Source of the DNA: Octopus sinensis | Taxonomy: Eukaryota | Assembly: GCF_006345805.1 (NCBI RefSeq) | Contig: NW_021836196.1 | Span: forward strand, 1-24,969 | Direction: 5' to 3' | Length of the DNA: 24,969 nucleotides | Shown here: one piece after another, positions 8,488 through 19,173 of the stretch | How the letters are laid out: the number at the start of each line of letters is the position of its first letter | Numbering within the stretch: position 1 is the first letter of the stretch | The notes under the pieces: generated by a model | Told to the model about the DNA's origin: nothing | The model's input: the letters and a program-made list of their open reading frames with translations, nothing else | Databases searched by the model: none | Position numbers and translations under genes: made by a program

Positions 8488-10914
8488 GTAAGTTTATTGT
8501 TCAATATTATTTATTCAAATTACGTGAAATAATGATTTCATATGTAGCCTTCCTGTAATATGAAAATGTAATATTCTGATGGTGGCCATATTAGATCTGT
8601 GTCAGTTCATATTGAATGTCTTCTTTTCCATAATGGCTATCATATAATTTACTAACAGGAGAACATTAAAGAAATGGAATATTTATTTTGACTTAACTGT
8701 ATATTTTAAAAATTATTTTGAGTACGTAGCAGTTTCCTGTTTCATATTTTACCCTGTCATTTTCATTATATTCGTAGTAATTATGTTGTATGTAATCATT
8801 GAAGTATATGTGAGGTTTATTCTAATTAGTTTAAATGTAAAATTTCTCATTGAAAGTATGACCATTGAGGTAGAGGCCAAGGAGTTTGTATGTATGTGTG
8901 TATATATATCTCATATTGTATATGTAACAGTTTATATATATATATATATATATAAAGGGGTTTGTATGATTGTGTATAGAGGGATATATATTATTCAAAG
9001 AAATTCCAACTCTGTCTGTTTTTTATGTTTTATTTATATTCTTTATGATATTAATGTAGAATATAGAATATATAGTATAAATAGTATATATAATAAAATG
9101 AAATGAAGTATTGATTGTCTTATCATATATATATATATATATAAACTGTTACATTTACAATATGAGATCTAGAAATGTATGTCCCTGTATGCATATGGAT
9201 ATTTAACAGCAATGCCTTTGAAATATTCATATTTTATTCCCCAAATCATAGGAGCACTAACCATATGGGTGGATCACTTATGAAAAATCTAAACCTACAT
9301 TCTTGAACATTTAGGCTTGAACTAGTTTTCAATATTGATTTGTTAATTTTGAATAATTTAAATGTATTTTATCATATAAAACAATTTCAAAAGATATTTA
9401 CTTCATTTCCACTTTTAATTTAGACATTCTTTCCATTTGTAGATTTTCATATTATTTTAGCCACAGTTCCTTTAATATATTGGTTAGTTTTTATTCCTGC
9501 TAGAAATAAGCAATATATTTTCTCTCTACTCCCTTCAATAGATTTAACTAAACATTTTATTATAGTTGCTCCTTAATTATTGCATTTTATATCTTCCCTA
9601 CATCATATTGTCAAAGCATTCTATAAATGACTGGAGATACATCTCTTATCAGTATCCTTGTAATTGACTTCTTCCATGAAAACAGTTAATCAAAATGTTT
9701 GTGAATTCAACTGATATTTGTATTAAATAGGTAAGATGTTTTATCAGCATCAAGAATAATAATTCAAGTACTGAACATGTTAAAATAGGAGAATTAGATC
9801 TAATTTGATCAATCGTAATTTACGTGTGTGTTACTATTAATGGGGACTGTATTGTCGCTAATATAACTGAATTTCTTTCATATCTCACAGCATCATGCTT
9901 ATTCTTTCTTAATAGTTGGTGGAGACGTTTTTTCCTGAGAATATCTCTACAAAATGGTAACACTATAGATTAGATAAGTCAGCTATTTTGTAATGTAAGT
10001 TGGGATATAAAGCTGTGCCATGTTTCTTTAGATATACTGGCACCAGCGAATTAACTCAAGCTTTACCATGTATGACATGTGTATACATAATTGTGATGAA
10101 AGAGAAGAAAAGTATTTGATACATCCACTGCTCTCTCTCTTTCTCTCTCTCTCTGGTACCTTACAGTCATACCAAAATATTAGACATAGATTAATATCAG
10201 GTTAAGAAAAGCAATGTTTAGATGGTCAGGGATTTTCTGTTAATTGCCAAGAATGAGCACTGAAGCAGTTCCTTGTTATTGTCTGTTATGCTCTGCCTGA
10301 ACAAGCATAGTTATGCAATGTCTCCTTATAATTCTGCTTGCATGTAAACATGGCATGGAGTTGATGAGAAATTATCTAAGATTAATTCACAATTCTTATA
10401 TGCGTCTTATGATACACTTTGCTTTAATCAGAGTCTATACCATAGATATATATGCAGAGTGTGTTATTCTAGTTTGTGTATAATAATCAATGTTCCTAGA
10501 AGAGGCTGCATTCAAAGACAGTTTGGTTGGTATAAAAGGATCAGTTTGTTGGAATTTTAATATTTAACATTACTGTCATTGTTGTTTCTTGTTTGCATCA
10601 TATCCCTATTAAAGAAATTCATTTGCATCATTTGAACAATAAAAAACTACATGTAAAGAGGGATGTGTTTCATATTGTAGCTTTTGTAAATTTACATTGA
10701 TTTCTCATTAATATACAAATAGATTAATAAGTATTTTTTAATTAACATTTTTCATATGGCAACAACCAAAATAGAAAAGAATTTAGAGTAGATGAATAAA
10801 CATTATGACCAGTTATGTTTCTTTTTTCTCAATAATGCAATGAATATTTCTATTTCAGACCGAACATTTGAAGCTGTCTTTCCCTTGGATACTGTATTAA
10901 CAACAAAACCAGAG

Positions 10915-13272
10915 ATGTTGCGATTTCTGTGTGTTTTACTGACTTTCTTCCACTGTTATTTAAGTGAAGATATCACTTACCATGTTGAAGAAGAGAAGAA
11001 TTCCTACACTTATGTAGGGGACATTGCTACTGACTTACAGAAGGCAGACAGCTCCTATTTAAAGAACAAGGATTTAATTACATTTAGTCAACTGCAACAA
11101 AAGGGAGAACAGTTGTTCAATGTGACGAGAACAGGTAAACTGTACACTGTTGAGACATTGGATGCTGAGTCTGTGTGTAGTTATGAGAAAGAATGTTTTG
11201 AAATCGTTAAAGTTGCTGTTCACAAATCCAAGACATTTATGAAGATCTTAAAGATTAAAGTCATAATAGAAGACATCAATGACCACCAACCTGAGTTTCC
11301 AACTGAAGAAGTCAACATTCAGTTTTCAGAGAGAGATAGTAAAGGTTCAAAACTATCAATACCCAATGCTGTGGATAATGATATGGGTTATAAGAACAGC
11401 TTAATTAATTATGAATTGAAAGAGGATAATGAACATTTCTCTTTATTAGTTGCCAAACAAGCTGATGGTATATCATCATTAGAAATTATTTTAGAAGAGA
11501 ATTTAGACAGAGAAACAAAAGACAACTACAATATTGAAGTCATTGCTAAAGATGGAGGAACTCCACCAAAACAATCTGTTTTAAATGTGAAAATATCTGT
11601 AGAAGATGAAAATGATAACAGGCCGCAATTTTCTCAAAGTATCTACAATGTTTCTATTGAACATAAACATAAAAAGAACATTCCAGTAGTCACATTATCT
11701 GCCAGTGATTTGGATATTGGCAAGAACGGTAAAATATCTTATTATTTCAGTAGAAAGACTGCAGAAAAAATGAAGAGATACTTTCATTTAGATAAAAGTA
11801 CTGGAAAAATTTTCTTAGTACAATCTTTAGAGGTTGACACAAAAAATTCTTTAAAATTATACATTGAAGCCAGAGATGGTGGCAACCCTCCTCTCAGTAC
11901 CATAGCAACTGTTATGGTAAATGTTATCAACCAACACAACAATCACCCAAATATTGATGTGAACTTTATTTCTACACAGAATCACAACACAGCTACCATT
12001 CTGGAAGACATCAAAGTTGGTAGTTTCATTGCTTATGTGATGGTCACTGACAACGATGTTGGACACAATGGACAGGTGAACTGTCATATCAAAGATGACA
12101 CATTCAAACTACAGTCAATGGGATCAAAGGAATATAAAATAGTTCTAAAGAAAGCAGTAGACAGAGAGACACAGGAACATTATCACTTTACTGTGTCGTG
12201 TGAAGATAAAGGATTACCTGCTCTGAAAACTGATAAAGATCTGTCAATCCAAGTGTTGGATGTGAATGATGTAGAACCACACTTCACGAAAGACACATTC
12301 AAGTTCCTTACCTATGAGAATGACAAAGCTAATTTCCCTATTGGCTTTATCAATGCTACAGACCCAGATATTGGTAAGGGAGGTGAATTGTCCTATTCTC
12401 TGAGAAATAAACAGAAATATCGTCTGCCATTCCAGATTATCAACTCTGGCTTTATTTCAACAAACCAGTCTTTAGACAGAGAACACAGAGATTTCTATGA
12501 GTTTGAGGTTTTTGTGAAAGACAATGGAAGCCCATCTCTGAATAACACAGTGAATGTTGAAGTGGAAGTATTGGATAGAAATGATAATGCTCCATATTTT
12601 ACATTTCCTAGTGTTGACCCTTTCACTCTTAATGTCCACTATCATCCGCAAAGTAAGAACGACATCACAGTTCTGAAAGCATCTGATATAGACAGTCACA
12701 TGAATGCTTTTCTCAGGTATGAAATCGTTTCAGGTAACGAGAGACAGTTATTTAAACTGGATTCGTTCACTGGTGTGTTATCTTACTCTCGCACAGTTTA
12801 CCAAAATGATGCCGGATCATATGAGCTTGAGTTTGTTGTAAAAGACAGTGGTACTCCAGTTCTGTCAGCAACAACTAGTGTGTCTTTGACACTGACTGTT
12901 AGTAACAAGACGTCACCAATGTTCACAGCTGTGCACCTACCAAGTGATAACACAATAGATGCAACATTGTTGATTATCATTGTAGTAGCAGCTGTGATAG
13001 TATCTATAGCTATTGTGGTTTCTATAACCCTGTGTATTGTGAGATGTAACAATGTGAGAAATAGCTCATCTGAAAGAACAGCAGAAGAGAAACAGGCATA
13101 CCAATGTCGCAATGAGATGAGACAGTTGATCTATCAAGGTAACAACAGTGTACCTGTGATGTCAGGTAATCGAGGAGAGATGTCAGAGAGATATGGTCAT
13201 TCAAGGAGCCATTACTATACTGAAGACTGGAAGACGTCAACAATGAGTCGGACACTTCAGAAGTCTATCAGG
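10915..13272 (+). CDS. Pcdh: Protocadherin gene 2, large exon (intact, 786 codons; full protein about 875 aa with exons B and C)
   Basis: Open frame with signal peptide MLRFLCVLLTFFHCYLS, six EC repeats, EC1 C-X5-C and TM. Acceptor TATTTCAG ends 10858, homologous to gene 1's at 293, so the true ATG is 10915 rather than 10792. Donor AGG|GTAAGC at 13273. Confidence 0.95.
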
Positions 13273-13449
13273 GTAAGCTTTTTCACTGTTTTGTTACTAT
13301 ATTCTTACTTTTCAAACACATCACCTTTGTCTTAATTAATTTTGGAAAAAACAAAGAATTTACTAAAATAACTGTTGAATTAGGCTGGTGTTCGGGATGT
13401 GAATGAACATGAAATTTTGTTGGAAAAGCTTTAATCTATATTGCTTTAA

Positions 13450-13669
13450 CCCTTTCATTACTGTATTTATTTTGGGATGCTCTGTCTTTCTTTCAATTAC
13501 TTTAAACATAACAAAGAATTTAGTAAAATAACTTCATTATCATTAAGCTAGTGTTAGGAACATAAATTGTGACTAAGGTGTGTTGGAAGATTTCAATTGA
13601 AAACTTATGAAAACAAGACATTTGTACTCAGAGCCAGAGCCAGTTTCAGTTGGGTTGGTATCAAAAGGG
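13450..13669. mobile_element. piggyBac-like MITE
   Basis: TTAA (13446-13449) + CCCTTTcattac ... gtatcaAAAGGG + TTAA (13670-13673): imperfect terminal inverted repeats with a TTAA duplication and no ORF. Confidence 0.7.
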
Positions 13670-14728
13670 TTAAAGCAGTAATTTTATTTTATGCAGCTAT
13701 GTGTGGTGTCAGGTGGGATGGTATTGAAGGGGTTAATTTTATAATCTGTCACTAAATAGTATTCTATGTCTTTTTCCGTTTGCTCCTCTTATTTCAGTTT
13801 GTCATCGTCATTATTATTCATTGCTGTATTGTTTATCATTCTCATCATTACCTTTTCTTTGATTCTGCTTTAGTGTTGATGAGGAGTTTTGACATCTTTC
13901 ATGATGTCTTCATCTTAGATTATTTCAATGTGGAAAATTCATGCTCCTTATTTTAGTAAATTATTTATGCCTGGTACCATATCGAATTATATCAGTTTAG
14001 CATTACTGTCATCAGTCTGTATCCAAGTGATACCCTACTCTATTTGTAAACTTTAAATTCCATACACTCCAAAGTACTCCTTGTACCCTTAGCACTTCTG
14101 TTCTTTTATTAATTTTGGTCACCAATCTAGAGGATATTACTATTTATTTATATTTGATATTGAAGATTGCTATTACACTTTATCACCTTTTTTTTGTGTG
14201 TGTTTCATATTTTTTACATGGAAAATTGTCTGCTTATTCTGCAAACCTTGTGCTATGACATATGAGAATATTATTTAGAATAGTCTTCATTGCTAACTAA
14301 TGCTTTAGTCATCTCTCATTCACTAAGTGTTTCTAAAACTAGAACTAGGACCTGAGTTTAACAAACCTCTGTGGTTTTCAAAGATTTTCATTCTTTTTTT
14401 GATCATCCAAAAAGGTGAGTAGCATCAGAAATGGTAAAGCATTGGATTAATTGTTTGACAGTATTTGTATCTAGTTGTATGCTGAGTCAAAATGCTGCTG
14501 GAGTTTGCCTTTCATACCAGTTATGTATGGAGGGCAGTTCTATTGACTGTATTCTTTCCATAAAAAGGACCTTGTGTCTGCATAAGAAATTATTTTACAA
14601 TTATTTTGCCAAACGGATTGATATTGGTAAAAAAGTAGGCAGTTGTTTTATACCAAAGATGGATGCATACAACTCCAGAGAAAGTATCAATTATATTATC
14701 TATATCTTGTTACTATTGTATTTTCCAG

Positions 14729-14882
14729 CAGAAATACAGTCAACCGATTGAGGTGACATCTTATGGAGACAACAGACCATCCTCTAACTATCCCACTGAC
14801 ACACTGACCAGTCGTAAGAGCAGTGGACAGTGCTGGAGTGAGCGGTCAAGTAGACAGTATGAAGAAATACCAGCAATGTCAG
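14729..14882 (+). CDS. Pcdh: Pcdh gene 2 exon B
   Basis: NAGNAG acceptor TTTTCCAG CAG; one synonymous difference from gene 1 exon B; donor G|GTAAGG at 14883. Confidence 0.92.
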
Positions 14883-14968
14883 GTAAGGGTAGTTTAAACT
14901 AAGAGAATAACAAGGATAAATATAATATACAAAACTGACTCTATGTATTACCATTGTATATGTTCCAG

Positions 14969-15084
14969 CTATCTATGGTATGCAACAGGACCCCACAGCC
15001 AACACTGAGAAACTGCCCCAGGACAGATATGTGAAACCTCCAGAAAGACAACTCCCTGCTACACCTGATGTTATAAACAACTGA
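14969..15084 (+). CDS. Pcdh: Pcdh gene 2 terminal coding exon C ((A)IYGMQQDPTANTEKLPQDRYVKPPERQLPATPDVINN*)
   Basis: 86-bp intron 14883-14968 ending TGTTCCAG; phase 1; TGA at 15082-15084; homologous to 7421-7542. Confidence 0.88.
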
Positions 15085-15307
15085 TCAGTTACAATTATTA
15101 CTTACAAACTCCTAACCTTTCACATTATATAAATTTGTAGTGGATCTTTAAGTCTTCAAAATATATTAAGAATGAGTAATGAATGTTTTATGTTAATATC
15201 ACTTGAATCATTTTCTGCTGGATTGGACAATGTTTCATCTCACCAATATATATACATATATATAATATATATTGTTTCAAATTTGTGTAAATGTATATAC
15301 AATAACA

Positions 15308-15539
15308 TATCAGTTGAATATAGTTAAAACATGGTCTGATTTTTACGTTTTTTATTATGGTCCTTTAACATTAAAAAATATTTTGTAATGCTCATAATGT
15401 TAAATTAGCATTTTCATATATATAGTGTATGAGAGTGCTAATTTAACTTAACGAGCATTACAAAATATTTTTTTAATGTTAAAGTACCATAATAAAAATT
15501 GTGAAAACCAGACCATGTTTTAACTTTGTTCAGCTGATA
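15308..15539. repeat. Long imperfect inverted repeat (foldback/MITE-like), ~110-bp arms, ~9-nt loop
   Basis: Left arm tatcagttgaatatagttaaaacatggtctg...ttagcattttcata (15308-15418) is the reverse complement of tatgagagtgctaa...cagaccatgttttaactttgttcagctgata (15428-15539), with scattered mismatches. Confidence 0.85.
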
Positions 15540-15942
15540 CGGATATATTAAAATAGCAATAAGGAAGTTTGGCAATTGATAAGTAGTGTCTTGAATGTTT
15601 ATGTTTAAATAGACAATCAAAATATATGATGAAAAATTAATTATGTAAGGCATTTAAGAAACAAGAAATGACTTTCTTAAGAAGACTATTGTCTTACAGC
15701 ATTTAGACATTTTTTTAAACATTCCTTCTGTGTTTATAAGGACAACTGATGGTTTTTTAGAAATTAGGTCATAAAATATAAATTATTTCAAAATATCCTC
15801 ATTTATAAACATATTTATCAGTATTTTCCATTATGAATTTTGTGTTACATCATAAGTTAGTAAATGTATTTACTAACAACAATAATGTTTTGTTAATATA
15901 AGATCTATATGAAACACTGAATGTATATATATATACACACGC

Positions 15943-16088
15943 CAGTCTTTTTCTACATCAGGCATATTGGTGTTGTATAGACTTAACATGGCTGACTGTT
16001 AGTGGGGCTGATATTCTGTATTCTTTCTTTCTTCTTCTGTGTGAGGGGAAATAGTCTGAGTGAAACTGGAATAAGCATCACCCATCTC
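15943..16088 (+). promoter_or_regulatory. Conserved non-coding block, copy 2 (putative promoter/5' leader of gene 3)
   Basis: Paralogous to 8057-8202 and in the same position relative to the exon-like element. Confidence 0.5.
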
Positions 16089-16142
16089 ACACACACACAC
16101 ATTCGTATACTTACACACTCACTAAACATCACACAGCTACAG

Positions 16143-16310
16143 AGGAAGACTTGAGAGGGAACTGCTGGTTCCCACTGACTCACCACCAACACTATTCCAT
16201 CAACATGAAGCCATTGTCACACCATAGCAGCAGTGACACAAACAACCATTAACAACAGAACATTGGGACCAAGTCACAGTTTATACAACAAAGGATTTTA
16301 CTCAATAAAT
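16143..16310 (+). other. Conserved exon-like element, copy 2 (probable 5' leader exon of gene 3)
   Basis: Near-identical to 8318-8476. CAG before and GTAAGT at 16311 after. The next Pcdh acceptor ends at 19127 (alternative 19155). Confidence 0.7.
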
Positions 16311-17453
16311 GTAAGTCTGTCATTAATATTATATTCCTGTATAATTTACATTATGAAATTTATATATTTTCTTTATTACAAAACTAACAAATTTCTAATT
16401 TAGATTCTCATAAAGGAAAAATCTTTTAATTATATTTAGAATTTCCTTTGTCTTTTCCATTTTTTATTCCAAATGTTACTGTGTTTCTCTATAGTTCTTC
16501 ATGATGATTCATTTCAACTTGCCACAAAATCCTTATTACTTATCCTAATATATCCATAGTTTTATCTCTTTACAAATGGCCTTTTCTTTTTAGCTTTTCT
16601 TTCTCAGTCCTCAGTTTGTAATATACTTTTATTAACTGAGATCCAAATATTTCAGTTATTTTCAATACATACATTTGTTTTGTTGTATCCTCATGAGACA
16701 CTTATTTGTTAAAGAGTTTAGCCTTGGTACGGAAGGAAACAGTACGTAAAGGAAATGGATTGCTGCTTTGTCATTTACTTTCCTAAACTGTTGTCTTCTA
16801 TGAAGATTTAAATTTCTTAAATATAACAATTTCTTAGATTTTATCCATGTTTCAATCAGTAATAATTATTGACTAAAATAATTTAACCTAGATTTGAATA
16901 AATGTTTTAGTTTTTTTTAATTTATGCTAACAATTTTAATTTTGCTGGTTAGTGTTTTACTTATATTTGACTGAATCAACACCTGTATGTTTCTAGTGTT
17001 GTCTCTTCATACCTGTAATTAGGTAGAGTCAACTGTGGTGAAATTTGATTTGAAATTAAAGAATTTAGTTTGCTATTCTCCTGTTTTGGTTATTTCTTTT
17101 AAAATTGAAACTATTAATTAGCAGATATGTCAGTGACGAGTAATGTTGTTCCATTACTAAGATTTTTATTTATTTTTGTGTATATTTGCTTTTATTTTAC
17201 TCAATAATGGAGGTCAAATGTCTGAAGTTACATAATTAGGGGTATCCATCAATAGGTGATTATTTCTATTGTCTTTATTGAAGAAAAAATATGGGATTTG
17301 TTAGGTTGTTCTAATGTTGTTAGAGATACAAGTAAATTGAAATTATTACCATCAGACTCCATTGTGACCATACCATACTCCATTTTGTTCATCACAACTA
17401 TTTCTATGATGAACTAAGATTATTTTATTCCAAAAATTTAATATTACTATCAA

Positions 17454-17668
17454 GGCAGTGAGTTGGCAGAATTGTTAGCACACTCGGCAAAATGATTAGC
17501 AGCATTTTGTCTGCCTTCACATTCTGGGTTCAAATTCTGTTGAGGTCACCTTTGCCTTTCCTCTTTTCAGGATTGATAATATAAGTTGATTACATCCACC
17601 CCAGTAGATGTAATCAACTTACCCTGTACCTTAGAATTGCTGGCCTTGTGCCAAAATTTGAAATCAAT
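17454..17668 (+). mobile_element. SINE-like element
   Basis: Head with B-box-like gggttcaaattc, central ggtcacctttgcctttc segment, tail ending ccaaaatttgaaatc; related to 5766-5900. Confidence 0.6.
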
Positions 17669-17734
17669 ATCTCTTTCTATTTTAAAATCTAAAAATGAAG
17701 TGTTGTCAGAGATTAATAATAATTCTGTGTTTTA

Positions 17735-18068
17735 ATGTCAACCACTTTACAGTGTGCTGGATGCTTTTAATGTGGCAACAACATGAGTGCTTTTTACATG
17801 TGACTGTCACAGGACTCTTGTAGGCCAGTCCTCTTCATCAGGGGTGGTGGCCTTAACACTTCTGCTGTGGAGGGTGGGTCTTCCTGAGTACAGCAAGGCA
17901 CCAGATGTCTTGGTCTTTTGTCATCTCCAATGAAAGGTTCCGTGTTCTGAGGTTGTCCTTTGGTACTTCGTCCCATATCTTCCTGAGTCTCCCTCTTCCA
18001 TGAGTTCCATCTATTTCGACTGATTAGTCCTTCTTTATCAGGCTGTCAATATCCATCTGCATCACATG
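17735..18068 (-). mobile_element. RTE-type LINE 3' end remnant
   Basis: Minus-strand translation IDGTHGRGRLRKIWDEVPKDNLRTRNLSLEMTKDQDIWCLAVLRKT resembles the RTE ORF C-terminal GRGRPRKTW...D...W motif. Confidence 0.7.
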
Positions 18069-18150
18069 GAAATATATGCTATTTAATTAATGATCAGCTA
18101 TCAGAATCACAAACGCGCAAATTACAGTGTTAGCTTCATTCATTACTGTT

Positions 18151-18217
18151 GTCCAACCCATGCTAGCATGGAAAACGGATGTTAAACAATGATGATGATG
18201 ATGATGATGATGATGAT
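18151..18217 (+). mobile_element. Retroposon 3' terminus with (GAT)n tail
   Basis: gtccaacccatgctagcatggaaaacggatgttaaacaatgatgatg..., the reverse complement of the terminus at 5489-5540. Confidence 0.7.
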
Positions 18218-18322
18218 AACTAGCAAATATTTGTGTGATTGAAATGGCTTTTTCTGCATATCAAAAGTATAGAAAAAATATGCTTACACACTTTTGTTTT
18301 ACAACTAGGCTTCTTAATTTAT

Positions 18323-18720
18323 GTCATCATCATCCCCATCATTTAATGTCCATTTTACCACTCTTACATTGGTCAGCTGGAATTTGTTGTGGCAGAATTT
18401 CTATAACTAGATGCTCTATTTGTTATCAACCATCACCTGTTTCTCGGCAAAGTAACATTTCCCATTGACCGGACATGCTTCATGAAATGAGCAACTCTGG
18501 CTATATAATGGTCACCCTTGTTTAGAACCACCTTGTGATATCTAGACATGAGTATACATAAAACACACTCATATATAAGACAGGCTTCTTTCAGTTCCCA
18601 TGTGCTAAAGCCACTCAGAAGGCTTTAGTCAGCCTGGAACTGTAGTAGCAGACACTTATCTAAGGTACCATGCCATGAAACTGAACCCAAAACCACAAAT
18701 TTGAGAAGCAGCTAAACCTG
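18323..18720 (-). mobile_element. Degenerate SINE-like element
   Basis: Begins with a (CAT)n-like stub similar to the other tails and ends in a decayed tRNA-like head (gaaactgaacccaaaacc on the plus strand). Boundaries are approximate. Confidence 0.45.
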
Positions 18721-19173
18721 ATAGACATAGCATTTAATTCTTCCTCAAATCACATCGTTCATTGCCAAGTGCCTCTGCAAGTAGAATAACAGAATAAGTA
18801 ATTATGAACAGTTTATATTACATACTTTGCTTTTGTCATGTACATGAACAATGTTGTGTAAGGAAATCTTATTTTATTTCACTTTTTATGAATGGAACTG
18901 TGACTTGTAGAGTGAACTGAACACTCTGTTTATTAATGATTACTGTTGGTTGTAGGTGTTTCTTTAGTGAACAACATATGATTTTTATTGAATATTTTTT
19001 GAAATTCTATTGTTTTGTGTGGTTAATCTTATGATGTGGGTGTTTAATGTTTCTTAACTTTTTCATGAGGATTTGTAATAAAATTGTGAATATATATTCT
19101 TAATTAGATTTTATATTTTCATTTCAGGTGTGGTTTACATTTTTGTTTTCTATAGAAGTCCTTCTTCATCCAA

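Noticed and set aside
10792-10914. 41-aa N-terminal extension of gene 2 in the ORF track
   Set aside because: It crosses the acceptor ending at 10858, which is homologous to gene 1's at 293; the signal peptide starts at ATG 10915.
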